A stretch of DNA of 63,873 nt, counting the filler, from Diploschistes diacapsis (lineage: Eukaryota), in NCBI GenBank assembly GCA_023645945.1. It is 15 parts of 15 records of this genome, joined end to end, with 100 filler letters (N's around TTAATTAATTAA, not from the genome) between each part and the next. Parts side by side here need not be neighbours in the genome. Positions count along the whole stretch, not along the records: positions 1 to 25,359 come from JALAIB010000212.1; positions 25,460 to 28,129 come from JALAIB010002120.1; 13 more parts are not named here. One strand, given 5' to 3'. The position numbers and the translations under genes were made by a program. The notes below the pieces were generated by a model. The model saw only the letters and a list, made by a program, of their open reading frames with translations. It was not told the origin of the DNA and ran no database searches. This document shows positions 14,524 through 26,329 of this stretch, one piece after another (the stretch's first letter is position 1; every line of letters starts with the position of its first letter).

Positions 14524-16664
14524 GATGGCATTTGACAAGGGAAACGACTATGTGTGATATCTGTTTGGTAAATCATAAGGGTGTACTGTATGTCCCAAGC
14601 TTTCAGTACATTCGAACCAGAAGATAGAGAGCAATCAGATAATAACGATTAAGAACCAGCAGGACTAGCAACCCTTACTGCAGCGTCAAGGCACATATCG
14701 CTGCTGTTGTCCGTTGGCCAAGGCAAGGCTAGATTGCAATGCCTCGGCTCACTCGATGACGTGTGGCTGGGAGATTGGGCTACAAAAGTTCCCCTGTCCA
14801 ACCGAATCCCGCTTACTAATTTCTCGGGCTTGGGACACTCACTTAATTCTCTCTTTCTCACCAATTTACCTTCATCAGCCCTAAACCTCCAAACTCCCGT
14901 CCAAAGCAGACCATCCATGGTTTCGACACGGCACGAGGGATGGGGCTGCAGATACCTAAGAAGAGGATTATAGAGTCAAATACCGCAATGGAAACTCGTA
15001 TGGGCCGGGATGCGCTATGAGAGTGACAGTGTTCAAGCGGCGATGTTTACTTTGGCTTCATACATTCTTCTGATTTCGAGATAGCAAAGAAATTTTCTAG
15101 CGCTCTGAGGGATGTGAGAACAGCTTCTGGAGAGCCAAGAGACCTTATCGCAGGGCTGAAGAAGGTGGGAATGTCATCCTAGCTTCAACAAATACTGTGC
15201 TTGCCTCTTGCATTACCGCGCTCCTTCCTTCTTCTTTTTATCCTGTTCCTCTCGCGTTAACTCGTTACTTCCGCTGCCACTGCTTCTATGCTTAATACTC
15301 TCTCGTTAGGTCTGGTGCTGTTTGATGCTGAAAGCTAACCCTGGCGTCTTTTCCGAGTGTGCTCGGAATGACTATGTCATTTGCCCATTTCTTGCGTATA
15401 CCACTTTCCCAGAACACATATTGTTAGCAACCATCATGTTTTAAACCCTATCAATAAAAGAGGCAGCGCCCTACTTAAGGTATAAAAGAGGAGGTGGACA
15501 GAAACTTGCTTCAATCCTGGCTTCGAACTTACCATGGAGGAGTTGAAGGGGTCTATTTTGGCTCATGTACTGGTCACGCTGCGCCGGAGAAATCAACTTT
15601 GGGCGTGATAATTTCGTCTCCAGTGTATCGGAGGGGGAGAATTCGGCGGGCAAAGACAAAGAGTCGTGCCAGGGTCGGCCCGGAGGAAGGATCTTCTGGA
15701 TATCAGAAAGCTACTAAAGGCGGATTTAATAGAGGAGGTCCTAGAGGAAGATCGAATAATGAAGCTTAAACTTTTCAATAGGTGTACATAATTGGATATG
15801 CGAGTAGAGATTGTGAAGTTACGATAAGCATTGGAAGAAGGAAATGTATGAAGTGCGTATTTGGTATCGCGAACAGACCGTTTAGCTTCTCCTAACCCTT
15901 CAACATGTTTACTGAATGTACTGCTTGTTCTAAGGCGCGAGCTGCCTCTTACACGACAGGAGCCTGACCCAGCCGTTGCAGGATTCTCTCCATAAATCGC
16001 ATCAGACACTTGGGCATGCAATCCTCAAAAGTATAGCAACCTTACTCGACCTTGCTAGCTAAATGTTTTGTGGGCAGATGACTCGGATATGCCCAGCACC
16101 AGAGCAACGCAGGCGGTTGGGAGATGAGGATATGAATCTTGGTGAATTTCGAGTTAACGACGGAGCCTTTAGCGCGGGGGCAGGCCGAATGCCAGAGCAA
16201 AATTCTGTCACAAGAAGGGCAACCGGTGATGTTGTGGTGGGGAGGAGATGCCTCCGTTAGCCGCGTGCATGTGCCACGAGGGGCAGCAGGAACAGACCAG
16301 TTCTCACCCTACGTATCTCGCAATGCCCTTACCCTTTTCCTTATGCAAACCCCTCCTGTCCTACACACAGATAAAACCCCCCCCTCCCAAAAAAAAAAGA
16401 AAGGGAAACATTCCGAGTCCTTTGTTACTACTACTTTCCGCCGCCTCACAAGGTGGGTTCAAACGCCGCAGGTATGCAACCATGAACTGCGCGCGCAAAC
16501 CGCCGCCCTGGGGTCTGGAGAGAGATTACTTGAGCGATTTCTCTTGAGTTCTCCCCAGCAAGGGCTTTGAGAAAGCATATCCCCACTCCAACTCAATCGA
16601 ATCTTAAATTAACCAGAACTTACCTATCGTAAGACACCGCGGAAGAACGGGCCGTCAGGTAACA

Positions 16665-17609
16665 ATGGATCCCCGACGTCCGCAGCCGCCGGCGCCGGAG
16701 CACACACTCGAAATCTTCGCCGACCCGGCCTCCATCAAGACCGTCGTGCAGGGTAAGTTCAGCGAGCACCAATTTTTTCCGTTTCCGCCTCCACTTCAAG
16801 CCCACTTCTAGAGCGCATGTCGCTAGACATCGTCTTACAAAACAGGCAAACGCCGTGTGCTCAATCACTCCCCTCCCCTTCTCCTCCTCATGCCCTCAGC
16901 TTTCCCTACACCCTACTAATCAGACCCTCGCCTCTCCAGGTGTCCTCCACACAATATTCTTCCACCGCTACTTCCCCACCATCCGGCCCTCAACGCAGGA
17001 TATCCTCCACCTAACCCTCCCCTACGTCGCCGACCCGGACCTCGAATCCCTCATCGACAGCCGCGTCTACCAACTCACGCGCCAGCTCTCCTCCATCACG
17101 ACGCCGAACAACTCCGTGCGCGGGCAGATAGGCGTGCAGTTTTTCGAGAAGCGGCGGCGGCGGAAGAGCCAGAGCAGCGGTGTGACGGGAGGGGTGGCGG
17201 GCGTGGGCATGGCGTGGTTCGGGAGGGGTGGCGGAGGAGCGGGAGCCGGGGTGGAAGAGGAGGTGTGCTGGGAGGTGTGGAGGGTGGAGGTCACGCTCGC
17301 CGTGGCGAGGACGCAGGAAGGTGAGTCGTCAATGGCCCTCCATATCCCGAGTGTGTGTGAGCGTGCAGACGATTCGGAAGGGCGGCTGGGATCTCTTCAG
17401 CTGTGCAAGGAAGCGCTAACGAGCGGCGTGCTACTGCAGAGCAAAGGAAGGTGATGCGCGCCATGGAGACGTCGTTGCAGAAGACGGCGCTGAAGATCGT
17501 GGCGATTGCGAACGGGAATAAGGAGCAGATACCGCCTATTACGACGAGCGAGACCAATCCGTTTCCGTACCAGATAACGTTGAATCCGCGGTTGAAGAAT
17601 ACGGGGTGA
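16665..17609 (+). CDS. ATG101: Autophagy-related protein 101 (DUF1649, HORMA domain)
   Basis: MDPRRPQPPAPEHTLEIFADPASIKTVVQG, intron, VLHTIFFHRYFPTIRP, QIGVQFFEKRRR, a WF-finger-like AWFG, EEVCWEVW, and EQIPPITTSETNPFPYQI. Confidence 0.9.
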
Positions 17610-18032
17610 CGTGCATGCCACTTAGTTTTGACCTGGTTGTAGATAGACTTTTGACGATACCTGGCAAATCCGCTGTGGATAATAGAGTATTGACAATACC
17701 TGGGGCGGCATAAGGTGTCACGGAGTTTTGGGACGATACCAGGCGATAACGACACGTTCATGCAATCACAATTAGACATATTCAACGATACGGATAGACT
17801 TTGCATTCGAACCACAACTGTGCTCATGTACCTACCCATACACTCCAATTTTCCGCAAAACCAATTGCTCCGACTGTATAAACTTCAAGATGAACCACAG
17901 TCTCACGATCGCATCCTCCGCTTTCTTCTTTCTCCCCCTCGGTAACCCTTCGTATCGGACGAGTAAACTATCAAGCCATGATCGCGTGAATAAGTTGTAA
18001 GGCATGGATCAGTGCAATCATCAATGACTATA

Positions 18033-18871
18033 TTACATCGACTTGTCAGCTTGCGAGCGAAGGTTGCTCGAGGTGGTGGAGCCCTCGCGGAAGAAGCGGC
18101 CGCAGAGAGGCTCGACGAGGTTGCGGAAGATAATTTGGGCGCCACTTTTCAATCATCAGTCGAGGTACCTTCTAGTAACACTCTGGGAGATTTACCCAGT
18201 CTGAGGGAGGGCCATCCAGAGAATCAGGACAAATTTGAAAGTGTAGTAGAAGGCTGCGATCAATTAGGAACAGCCAAAGTGGAGGTTCCGTATGGACTTA
18301 CGGAACCAGTAGATGGCGTTGACGGTGCTCTCAAAGACGCTCAGAAAAGCGTAAGTCACCCAATACTGTATAGCTAGATCAGTCATATACCTTAAACAAA
18401 TGAGGGCTGATATTCGTATTCGCTAGCAGATACGCAGAAAGGACTCACAGTAAGCCACTACATGCCAAATTAGTAACAATTCCAAGTACAACTGGCGGGA
18501 CCCGAAGACTTATTACTCCGCAAGTATACAAACGTACCTGAGTATCGTCGGTTTTGTTCGTCGTCAGCAAGGCTTGCATCGAGTAGTAGCCTGGCACGAT
18601 GAAACCAGCAAAGTTGACGAGGAATTCGCCGGCAATGTTGAAAAAGACTAGGAAAAAGTAGAGTCCAAGGAGTCCAAGGAAAACGTAGACCTTGGGCACA
18701 GAGGTCTGTCGCTCAAAATCATTGAGCATAGGATACTTCGAGAGCTGTCAAAAGTAAGTCAGTAGGGGCTTGCTTTGAGCTTGCATGCAAAATATCGCCG
18801 CAAACGATGCACACGCGTACCTCCTTATCGATCTGAGAGATGTGGTGCTGAGCCTGGTCCTGGATCGACAT
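18033..18871 (-). CDS. YOP1: Yop1/DP1/HVA22 ER-shaping protein (multi-exon)
   Basis: MSIQDQAQHHISQIDKE, then LSKYPMLNDFERQTSVPKVYVFLGLLGLYFFLVFFNIAGEFLVNFAGFIVPGYYS...DDTQ; ends ...GSTTSSNLRSQADKSM*. Confidence 0.95.
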
Positions 18872-19427
18872 GGCGAATATCTGTGCAAATCAAATTGCTA
18901 GATAAGAAGTAGTCTTGATTGTCGCAAGTTTCGAGGACACAGAAGAGCTGTTATGGACCTTTGCTGCTGTTCGAAATTGTTGAAGGAAAAGATGATGTGG
19001 ATGGGAAGTTGTAGCTGACAGGCAGTAACGTCACAGGCAGGGAGTCAGAGTTCGATGTTACCAGTACTCAGCTAAGCGAGAAGTGCCAAGAGATCTAACT
19101 GTTTTCGACCTCAACCGAGCCTCTCCCCGCCAACCATTATTTTCTTTCGCTTTCACCCCCATCGCTGCTAACCAAGAGACTCGGATGGTCAATAACATGT
19201 CGACAGCCGACTCTTTGATGGAGTCTATCTGCTAATGGCTTCATAGCTCCTGTCATCGAGGACAATTTTGAATAGCAGACTGTGTCTCTTTGGTTTTCAT
19301 CCTTTGCTCCCCATCGCACTCCCTCTGTTGTTTTGTTTACACCCAGCCCCCAGCCGCACCATTTTCGCACAACAACTAGCCGACCACTAATCACCAGGAA
19401 ACATCACAGTTCGAAGCTCTGAGGCGA

Positions 19428-22020
19428 ATGGGATTCTCCCGAGCCTATTACGTTGCCTCGAGAATGCCTACCGCCGGTCATAGCACTCGTCCAAAGTCCC
19501 GCCAGTCCACCACAAGCATCGCTTCAAATAGTACCCAGCCAATACACCCACATTCTATCGACCATCGTTTCAATGTACACCCACACATGCCTTCTGCAGT
19601 ATGGTCACAGCATGAGGAGGCCATAGCACATCAGATGTCACAACAACCGCAGTTTCAGGCCAGTAAGAGCTTTGCAATGCCTCCAGCTATCACACCCCAC
19701 AATATGGCTTCGTTCCGACCGGGTCATGCCTTTGGGCATGTCGCAAGCATAAATCCCCAGCGATCTGCTTCTTTCTCCCACGTTGATCGTAGCAATACCC
19801 CAATAATGGATATTAGCATGGAAGATCATCATTCGCAGCTTCATGTAGACGGCGCAGCCGATACCAACAGGCCTAGAAGAGGAGCAGCAACTACCCAAGC
19901 TAATGACAATGAGCTAAGGCGTCTGCTCAGAGAGAACCAAGGAAGGACACTGCAAGAAATCGCCAAACAGATCAACAAGGATGACTCGGGGTCAAAGCAG
20001 GAGAAGGACAAGCAGGTGTTTGGAATGCTATGGTATAGCAAGCGGTGTCCCTTAGGAGATATGAAATACTAACCCGCACGCTAGGCTCCAACAACATGTC
20101 AGGAAAGCTGATAATCACTCAGTCCCTAGGAATACCGTATACAATGAGTATCAATATCGATGCGGTGACTTGCGAGTGCAAACACTGAATCCAGCCTCTT
20201 TCGGTAAACTAGTCCGCATCATATTTCCTAATATCGTCACCCGACGACTAGGTGTTCGCGGGAATTCAAAGTATCATTATGTCGATCTTGCTCTTGTGGG
20301 CGATGAGAGCAAGAAGGATCTTTCGGCGCGCTTGAGAGCACCGAGTATCGTGAATGAAAATTCTGGCCAGGGTGTTAGCTCTAAACGCGTCGTCGCGCCT
20401 AGGTATGTTTATTATTGAGGGCTCCTTTGTAAATGTACCAACGTCAATACTAACACCTGTCTCAGATCTCAGACACAACTTCCGGCGGAGAGTGCAGTAT
20501 TCTCCCATTCGACAACACCAGCACCACAACCTTTTTCCAGCGGACGACATTCGGCCCCTGGACTTTGCTATCAACAGCCTCTACCATCGGTCGACATGGG
20601 CTTCCAATTCAATGAGAACCATATGCTGCCTCGTCCTTTGAAATTTCCCCACTCTCTCGACCGACTTGAGCAGAGAGATGTGCACTTTGAACTTCCAGAC
20701 ATCACCCCGTACTTACCAAAAGGAACCGATGTTGACGCCGCGAACTCGCTCTGTTCCGTTTACCGCTCGCACTGTGTTCTTGCCATCGACAACTTCCGCT
20801 ACTGCAAGACCGAGAAGTTTTGCGACAGCTTCAAAGCTCTCCATGGACTTTTGACCGTACCTGGCCAGAAACTCCTAGTGTCGCCTAGTATTGCTGCTTG
20901 GGTTCGGGAATGCGACTGGCGCAAATACCAGTCCATGATCCCAATGCTCAACATGATCCTTCTCACTCAGGTGCCACAAAAGGCCATGAACCACATGCAA
21001 AATGTTGCCGTCAATCTCTGCAACTGGATTCGCCATTTCTTTCAAAACCAGCCAGCGCATGTTCTGACGGCAATGCTTGGACCGGCCAGCGTTTTTGTCA
21101 ATGTGCTTGGGCGCTTTTGTCGTGTCCAGGGAGCTGCTGTTGAACTCGCGCCAATCTTTGATAGCCCTGAGAAACGGAATCAGCTATGGAGCGACTGGGT
21201 TAGGATGGTCAATCCCCTCCAAGTAGTTCAATGTTCCTTGCCTGCCATGGGCCACAGACGCTGTCGACTGATGCTGACAAGAGAGGTCATTCTGCTTCTC
21301 AACCCAACACAAAGTCCACCACTTACCAGCACTCCATTCGAGGATGATGGCGAAGGGATGACAGAGTTCCGCGCTGCAGAGATGAGACGAGAGTGCAAGA
21401 ATTCTAGCGACTTGATCAGCCGTATGTACCGGTTTCTACTCAGCTTACAGTCTCGATTCCCACATGCTTCGGCACAGGAGATTCTTAACCCATTGGAGCG
21501 CTTCACTGGCAGCGCCGCCCGCAACCTTACACTTGCAGGTGCTTTGACAGTAGCAGAATGGTGGCGCATCAAAGTCTTCGTTGATGAAGCTGCATCTTGG
21601 CTCGCAGAGATGGGCGGCATTTTCGAGAACTCTTCCGAAGTACTTGTACCAAATAACCAGTTTGACCGGGATCTCGGGAATTTAAGTGGATTCTATGACT
21701 TCGACAACCTGGATACGGTGTCACGCCCGGCAACTGGATCTAATCACCAATCCGCTACAGCTTTCAGTACGCCAGATCCCGGTCACTCCCATGCCCACCC
21801 TGAAAGCTCTCGTCAGCCAAGCCTTGTTCAGCAACGTACAGAGTCTACAAGGTCTTCGAAGTCTGAGCAGCCGGGTGATGCTGTACAGAGAACAGCAGAC
21901 TTGCACGATGACAGTGGGATTGGCTTGGGTATCCACGACGACTTCGGCATCGATACCAAATACAACACCTTCATCACAGGCGTGAACGGATCAGATCCAG
22001 CAGACGTCGTCGTTTGCTGA
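19428..22020 (+). CDS. RFX1: RFX winged-helix transcription factor (Rfx1/Crt1, Sak1, CPCR1 family); start codon uncertain
   Basis: RFX DNA-binding domain SVPRNTVYNEY...LNPASFGKLVRIIFPNIVTRRLGVRGNSKYHY, followed by FELPDITPYLP...YRSHC and WVRECDW. Two introns at about 20033-20084 and 20403-20465. Confidence 0.92.
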
Positions 22021-22941
22021 GCAGGATCATGCAACTCCAATATCCAACCCCCTCTATGTTTCCTCCTTCTTGCACTTGGACGTTATGTGGTGATGAGCAA
22101 TGTAACGAGATACCAGTGGGCTGATCCGGTTATTGGCTTTTGTTCTGGCGTTCTGCAGTCAGTGCCAAAGGGTGTCAGGATTACTTTACCCAGGGTGAGC
22201 GCTGGAGTTGTTTCTAAGGATTGAGCATAAGTCTCGACTTTGGGTGTTGTTACCAATGCCAAAGGGTGGTAAAAATTCTAGCATCTAGCATTCAGAATAC
22301 CACAGTCATGCTGAGTAGGAAATAGAGCAATTTGGGGTCATTGGCTGCCGTATCCTCCTTAACTAGAAATCTCACCGGGATTCGAGCTGATTAGAATGAA
22401 CCGACTTCGGTTCTTGAAAGTCCTCGATATACTCCGTATGACACGGATAATGCTGCATAGTCAAGTTGGCATAACGGTTTGAAGAATTGATAGCATTTCT
22501 TTCTCCTTGCCGGCAGCCTTCCGGCCTCAACGGTTGCCGGCGGGAAGGGGGTACTAGTACCAACCCCGGTCCATTGTGTCACCAGTAGTCTACTAACCGC
22601 GACTTGGGCTTGTATAACCTCCAGCTCAAGAACACCCCTTTGGTAGACGCCATGAGAAACCAAATGTGTTGAAGATTACCAATACTTTTATATCTCAAAA
22701 CTCTCGTCCATGTCATATATGCGTGGGTGTTCTCAATCCAAAGAGTAATTTAACAGTACCCGATCATCTCTCCAACCGGCCACCTGTCCCTATCCCGGTC
22801 CGTATCTTCACCTTAGCCGTAAACCCTGGAACGGCCACCATTATTGACTCTAACAACCAAAACTATCTCACAACGTTCTCCTCCACCAGCTCATCACTCC
22901 TACGTTCCCTCAAAACGGCTCTCCTGTAATCCCTCACCGTC

Positions 22942-23924
22942 ATGGAAATGGACAACATGTTCGGTGGCCCCCAGCTGGGCGGCGGTATGGGCCAGTTCCC
23001 GCTGGAACAGTGGTTCTACGAGATGCCAGTGTGCACACGGTGGTGGACGACGGCGACGGTCGCGATATCGATTCTCGTGCAGTGCCACGTAATCACGCCC
23101 TTCCAGATGTTCTATAGTTTCCGAGCGGTGTTTGTGAAGAATCAGGTATGTCCAAGCTTTCCCCCCCTCTTAGCCTTTCAGGAAGCTGCTGGGGAGAGCT
23201 CGCGGAATGGGAAATGGGAGATCAGCGCAGGTAGGTGCTTTGAAGGAGCAACGGCTAAAGGATAGCGGATGGATCTAGTTCTGGCGTCTCCTAACGACAT
23301 TCCTCTACTTCGGCCCTCTGTCCCTCGATCTCCTGTTCCAAGTCTTTTTCCTTCAGCGCTATTCGCGATTACTAGAAGAATCGTCTGGTAGGAGCCCTGC
23401 GCATTTCTCCTGGCTCCTCCTCTTCGCGACCTCTATCCTCCTTATCTCTTCTCCGTTTCTCTCCATGCCTTTTCTGGGGCCCGCGCTGTCGAGCACGCTC
23501 GTCTATATTTGGTCAAGAAGGAATCCGGACACCAGACTGAGTTTCTTGGGGCTGCTGGTGTTCACGGCGCCGTACCTGCCGTGGGTCCTCATGGCCTTTA
23601 GTCTGGTGTTGCATAGCACGATACCGAAGGATGAGATGTGCGGTGTTGTTGTTGGACATGGTTAGCTTATACTACTCCTCTTCTCCCGTTACGGGACACA
23701 TTGAGCGGCAGTGACTAATGCACGTGTGTGCTCCAGTGTGGTATTTCTTCAATGACGTCTACCCGCCCCTGCATAACGGACACAGGCCGCTGGACCCCCC
23801 CGCGTTCTGGACGAGGCTGTTTGAGGATAGGCGGGAGGAACTGGACGAGCAGCGAGAGGAAGACACAGGGGTGGTGCCGGTGGAGAACGATATCGCTGCT
23901 GCGGTGGCGCCGGAGGTGCGATAG
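22942..23924 (+). CDS. DER1: Derlin (Der1-like ERAD membrane protein)
   Basis: EMPVCTRWWTTAT, FWRLLTTFLYFG, LVYIWSRRNPDTRLSFLGLLVFTAPYLPWVL, GH / VWYFFNDVYP; two introns. Confidence 0.93.
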
Positions 23925-24320
23925 TGCTGGTTAGCGCTGGAATAGCTGTTTGGACGAGGCATTGGAGGACTACCGCATTCTGCGGATATGAAATCCAGCG
24001 TTGAATCTGGTACTTGATTACCTTGCAAAATTCTAGGCGAAAAGGCTGTTGCGGCTCTGATTGTGGGTTTGGGAAGCTCCCCCGGTTGCTGTTCATGGAG
24101 TGTTGTACATGCTTTCCACTGACGAAGACATGAATTTAGGTATATATCAATCAAAATCCCAAAGAAAGTGGCTTGAATCGCAACCTATAGCTTTGAAACC
24201 CTGTTTAGGGCTCAGTTCCCTTGGCCGTCCGTTGCGTTTTAATTCCTTGCACCCAACGTTCCTTGTGATCCGCCAACGCCTTATGACAACCAACCCTTCT
24301 TACCACCACCTACCCATCAC

Positions 24321-24944
24321 TTATCTACCTAACTTCTCCAGAAGCTTATCCACAGCCTCCATATCTCCCGCATCGATCCTCTCCTGCCCTCCCATCACCT
24401 TCACCACCTCATCTATTCCCGGCTGATAATTCCTCACCAGACTACTGACCGCATACCTCGCCTTCCTCCTCACGCCCTCACTCCCTTCTTTCCCCTCCCC
24501 ATACACCATACCCACCAGCAGCGGCACCGCCCCTCCAACCAACGCCCGCTCCTGCGCATCCCGATTGTTCTGCACCGCCGTGCCCACGCACCAGGCTGCC
24601 ATTCGCCTCATCTCGGCCTCCTCGTTCTTCAGCAGTTGGATCAGAGGCGTCCACATGCCCAGCGGAGCGAGGTTGTTGGCGTTGTCAATGTTCTCGACCA
24701 GCTGCTCGAAGTTGTCGAAGGCGGTGAGCTTTTCGTCGAGGGAGGCCAAGGAGGAGGGGGATTGGATGGTGGAGAGAGCGGCTTTCATAAGGTCTGCGTC
24801 GCTGGGGCCGCCGAAGAGTTTCGTTAGGGCGTCAGGGTCGAGGGGCCGAGAGCGGTTAGAGGGGGGAGCGTTGGGGTCGGTGGGGCTGGAGTTCTCGATG
24901 GACCATTTGAGGAGGTTGGATAGGTTGGGGTCTTGTTGGGCCAT
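24321..24944 (-). CDS. FES1: Hsp70 nucleotide exchange factor Fes1
   Basis: Single 207-aa ORF with [52 protein letters not shown] and [13 protein letters not shown]. Confidence 0.95.
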   Translation of the reverse strand: MAQQDPNLSNLLKWSIENSSPTDPNAPPSNRSRPLDPDALTKLFGGPSDADLMKAALSTIQSPSSLASLDEKLTAFDNFEQLVENIDNANNLAPLGMWTPLIQLLKNEEAEMRRMAAWCVGTAVQNNRDAQERALVGGAVPLLVGMVYGEGKEGSEGVRRKARYAVSSLVRNYQPGIDEVVKVMGGQERIDAGDMEAVDKLLEKLGR

Positions 24945-25169
24945 TTTTGCCGGTGCTGGATCTTGGTGAGGTGAGAAGGAGATCGGAGGAGCCTGGTTCT
25001 GGAGGGTTAATCGCTTATGTAGGAGAAGGTAGGCTAGTAGGTTGCAGTCAGTTGCGCCAGGATGGGGTTAACAAGATTTCTGTGACTGGGAAGGTGATGA
25101 AGCGGAAGAGAGAAGAGCTTGGTTATTAAACAAAGTCTCGAGAAGGTGTTTGAACTGGGAGAAGATAGG

Positions 25170-25189
25170 TGAAGAATCTCGAAGCTTCT
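25170..25189. promoter_or_regulatory. Putative heat-shock element upstream of FES1
   Basis: tGAAg-aATCt-cGAAg-cTTCt: four alternating nGAAn/nTTCn pentamers with one mismatch, about 230 bp upstream of the FES1 ATG. Confidence 0.55.
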
Positions 25190-25359
25190 CCTACCTTCTT
25201 CTACAAACACAACTTACCAGTAGTAGCAAGCTTTGCTATATTCAGTCACACGTAGTTATTAGCTACCTCCGTACCTGGGCTATACATAGTTATCTACCCT
25301 TTTCTGAGGAAGAAATTCTGCCCCGCGAAGCTTTTCAATAGGGCTGTGCCCCTTGGGGC

Positions 25360-25459
25360 NNNNNNNNNNNNNNNNNNNNNNNNNNNNNNNNNNNNNNNNN
25401 NNNTTAATTAATTAANNNNNNNNNNNNNNNNNNNNNNNNNNNNNNNNNNNNNNNNNNNN
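25360..25459. other. Artificial contig spacer (N44 + TTAATTAATTAA + N44); first of 14
   Basis: Identical 100-nt spacers start at 25360, 28130, 30900, 33667, 36434, 39196, 41954, 44709, 47461, 50202, 52943, 55683, 58420 and 61155. The core has stop codons in all six frames. Confidence 0.98.
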
Positions 25460-26129
25460 CCCCCACCCACCGTCCCTGCTCACGCCCTTACCCCTATCAC
25501 CAGGGCCACGACGCCAGCATCACCAAAGCCCTCAAGCCCCTAACCGCGACCCTCGACCCCAGGCCCGCAATGACCTTCGCCTTCCACGTGTGCCCCGAAT
25601 TCGGCAACCAGATGGGCAATTTCCACGGCGGCGCGATAGCGACGCTCCTCGACAACGCGACCTCGCTCCCGCTCGTCCTGCCGCAGCGGGAGGGCTACTT
25701 CCGGATGGGCGGCGTGAGTCGCAGGCTGGATTGTACGTATCTGCGGCCCTGCCCTGTGGGGACGGATGTCGTTGTCAAGGCGGAGGTTTTGGGGGTGGGG
25801 AAGAGGATGGGTGAGCTGTCTTCTCTTTTTCATTGGTTTTTTTTATTTTTTATTTTAATTTTTTTTATTTACATGGGGTATGTTCTTGGAAACGGTAGAG
25901 GGGGGGTTTGAAGAAGTATTAGACATTGGCACTTCCATATACATTGCTCATGGATTTTATCCCCACGTTTTATCGTGGGAACGGGGGCGCTCAGAAAACG
26001 GCTTGGCTGACATTCTATCCGATTCCAGCTCTCGTTCGCGGGACGTTGTTGCGCGCATCGGACGGCGCTATTATCGCCACTTGCGACCACGACAAGGCCA
26101 ATACCGATCCGCTGTTTTCTAAGCTATAG
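25460..26129 (+). CDS. PaaI/4HBT hot-dog-fold thioesterase, 5' truncated by contig edge, C-terminal PTS1 (SKL)
   Basis: NQMGNFHGGAIATLLDNATS and GVSRRLDCTYLRP; an intron at about 25811-26028; last exon ALVRGTLLRASDGAIIATCDHDKANTDPLFSKL*. Confidence 0.88.
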
Positions 26130-26329
26130 AACTATTTTCACCAGCTGAATCGAACGTGGATGGGACGCGGGCGCAGGGGCTAAAGAGGACCGCCGTAGGG
26201 CTGCGGGAATGAGGAGCGGCTCCTGTCTTCTCACTAGCATCTTCTTGATCTCAGTCCCGTCTCCCAATGCAGACCCACCTTCAACTCTAGAATCCCATGC
26301 CTCTCATGGATACCATGTCCAGCCTTCCG

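Noticed and set aside
25404..25415. TTAATTAATTAA recurring about every 2.75 kb, resembling a regular array
   Set aside because: It is always centred in N runs, so it is an assembly linker and not a biological repeat or CRISPR.
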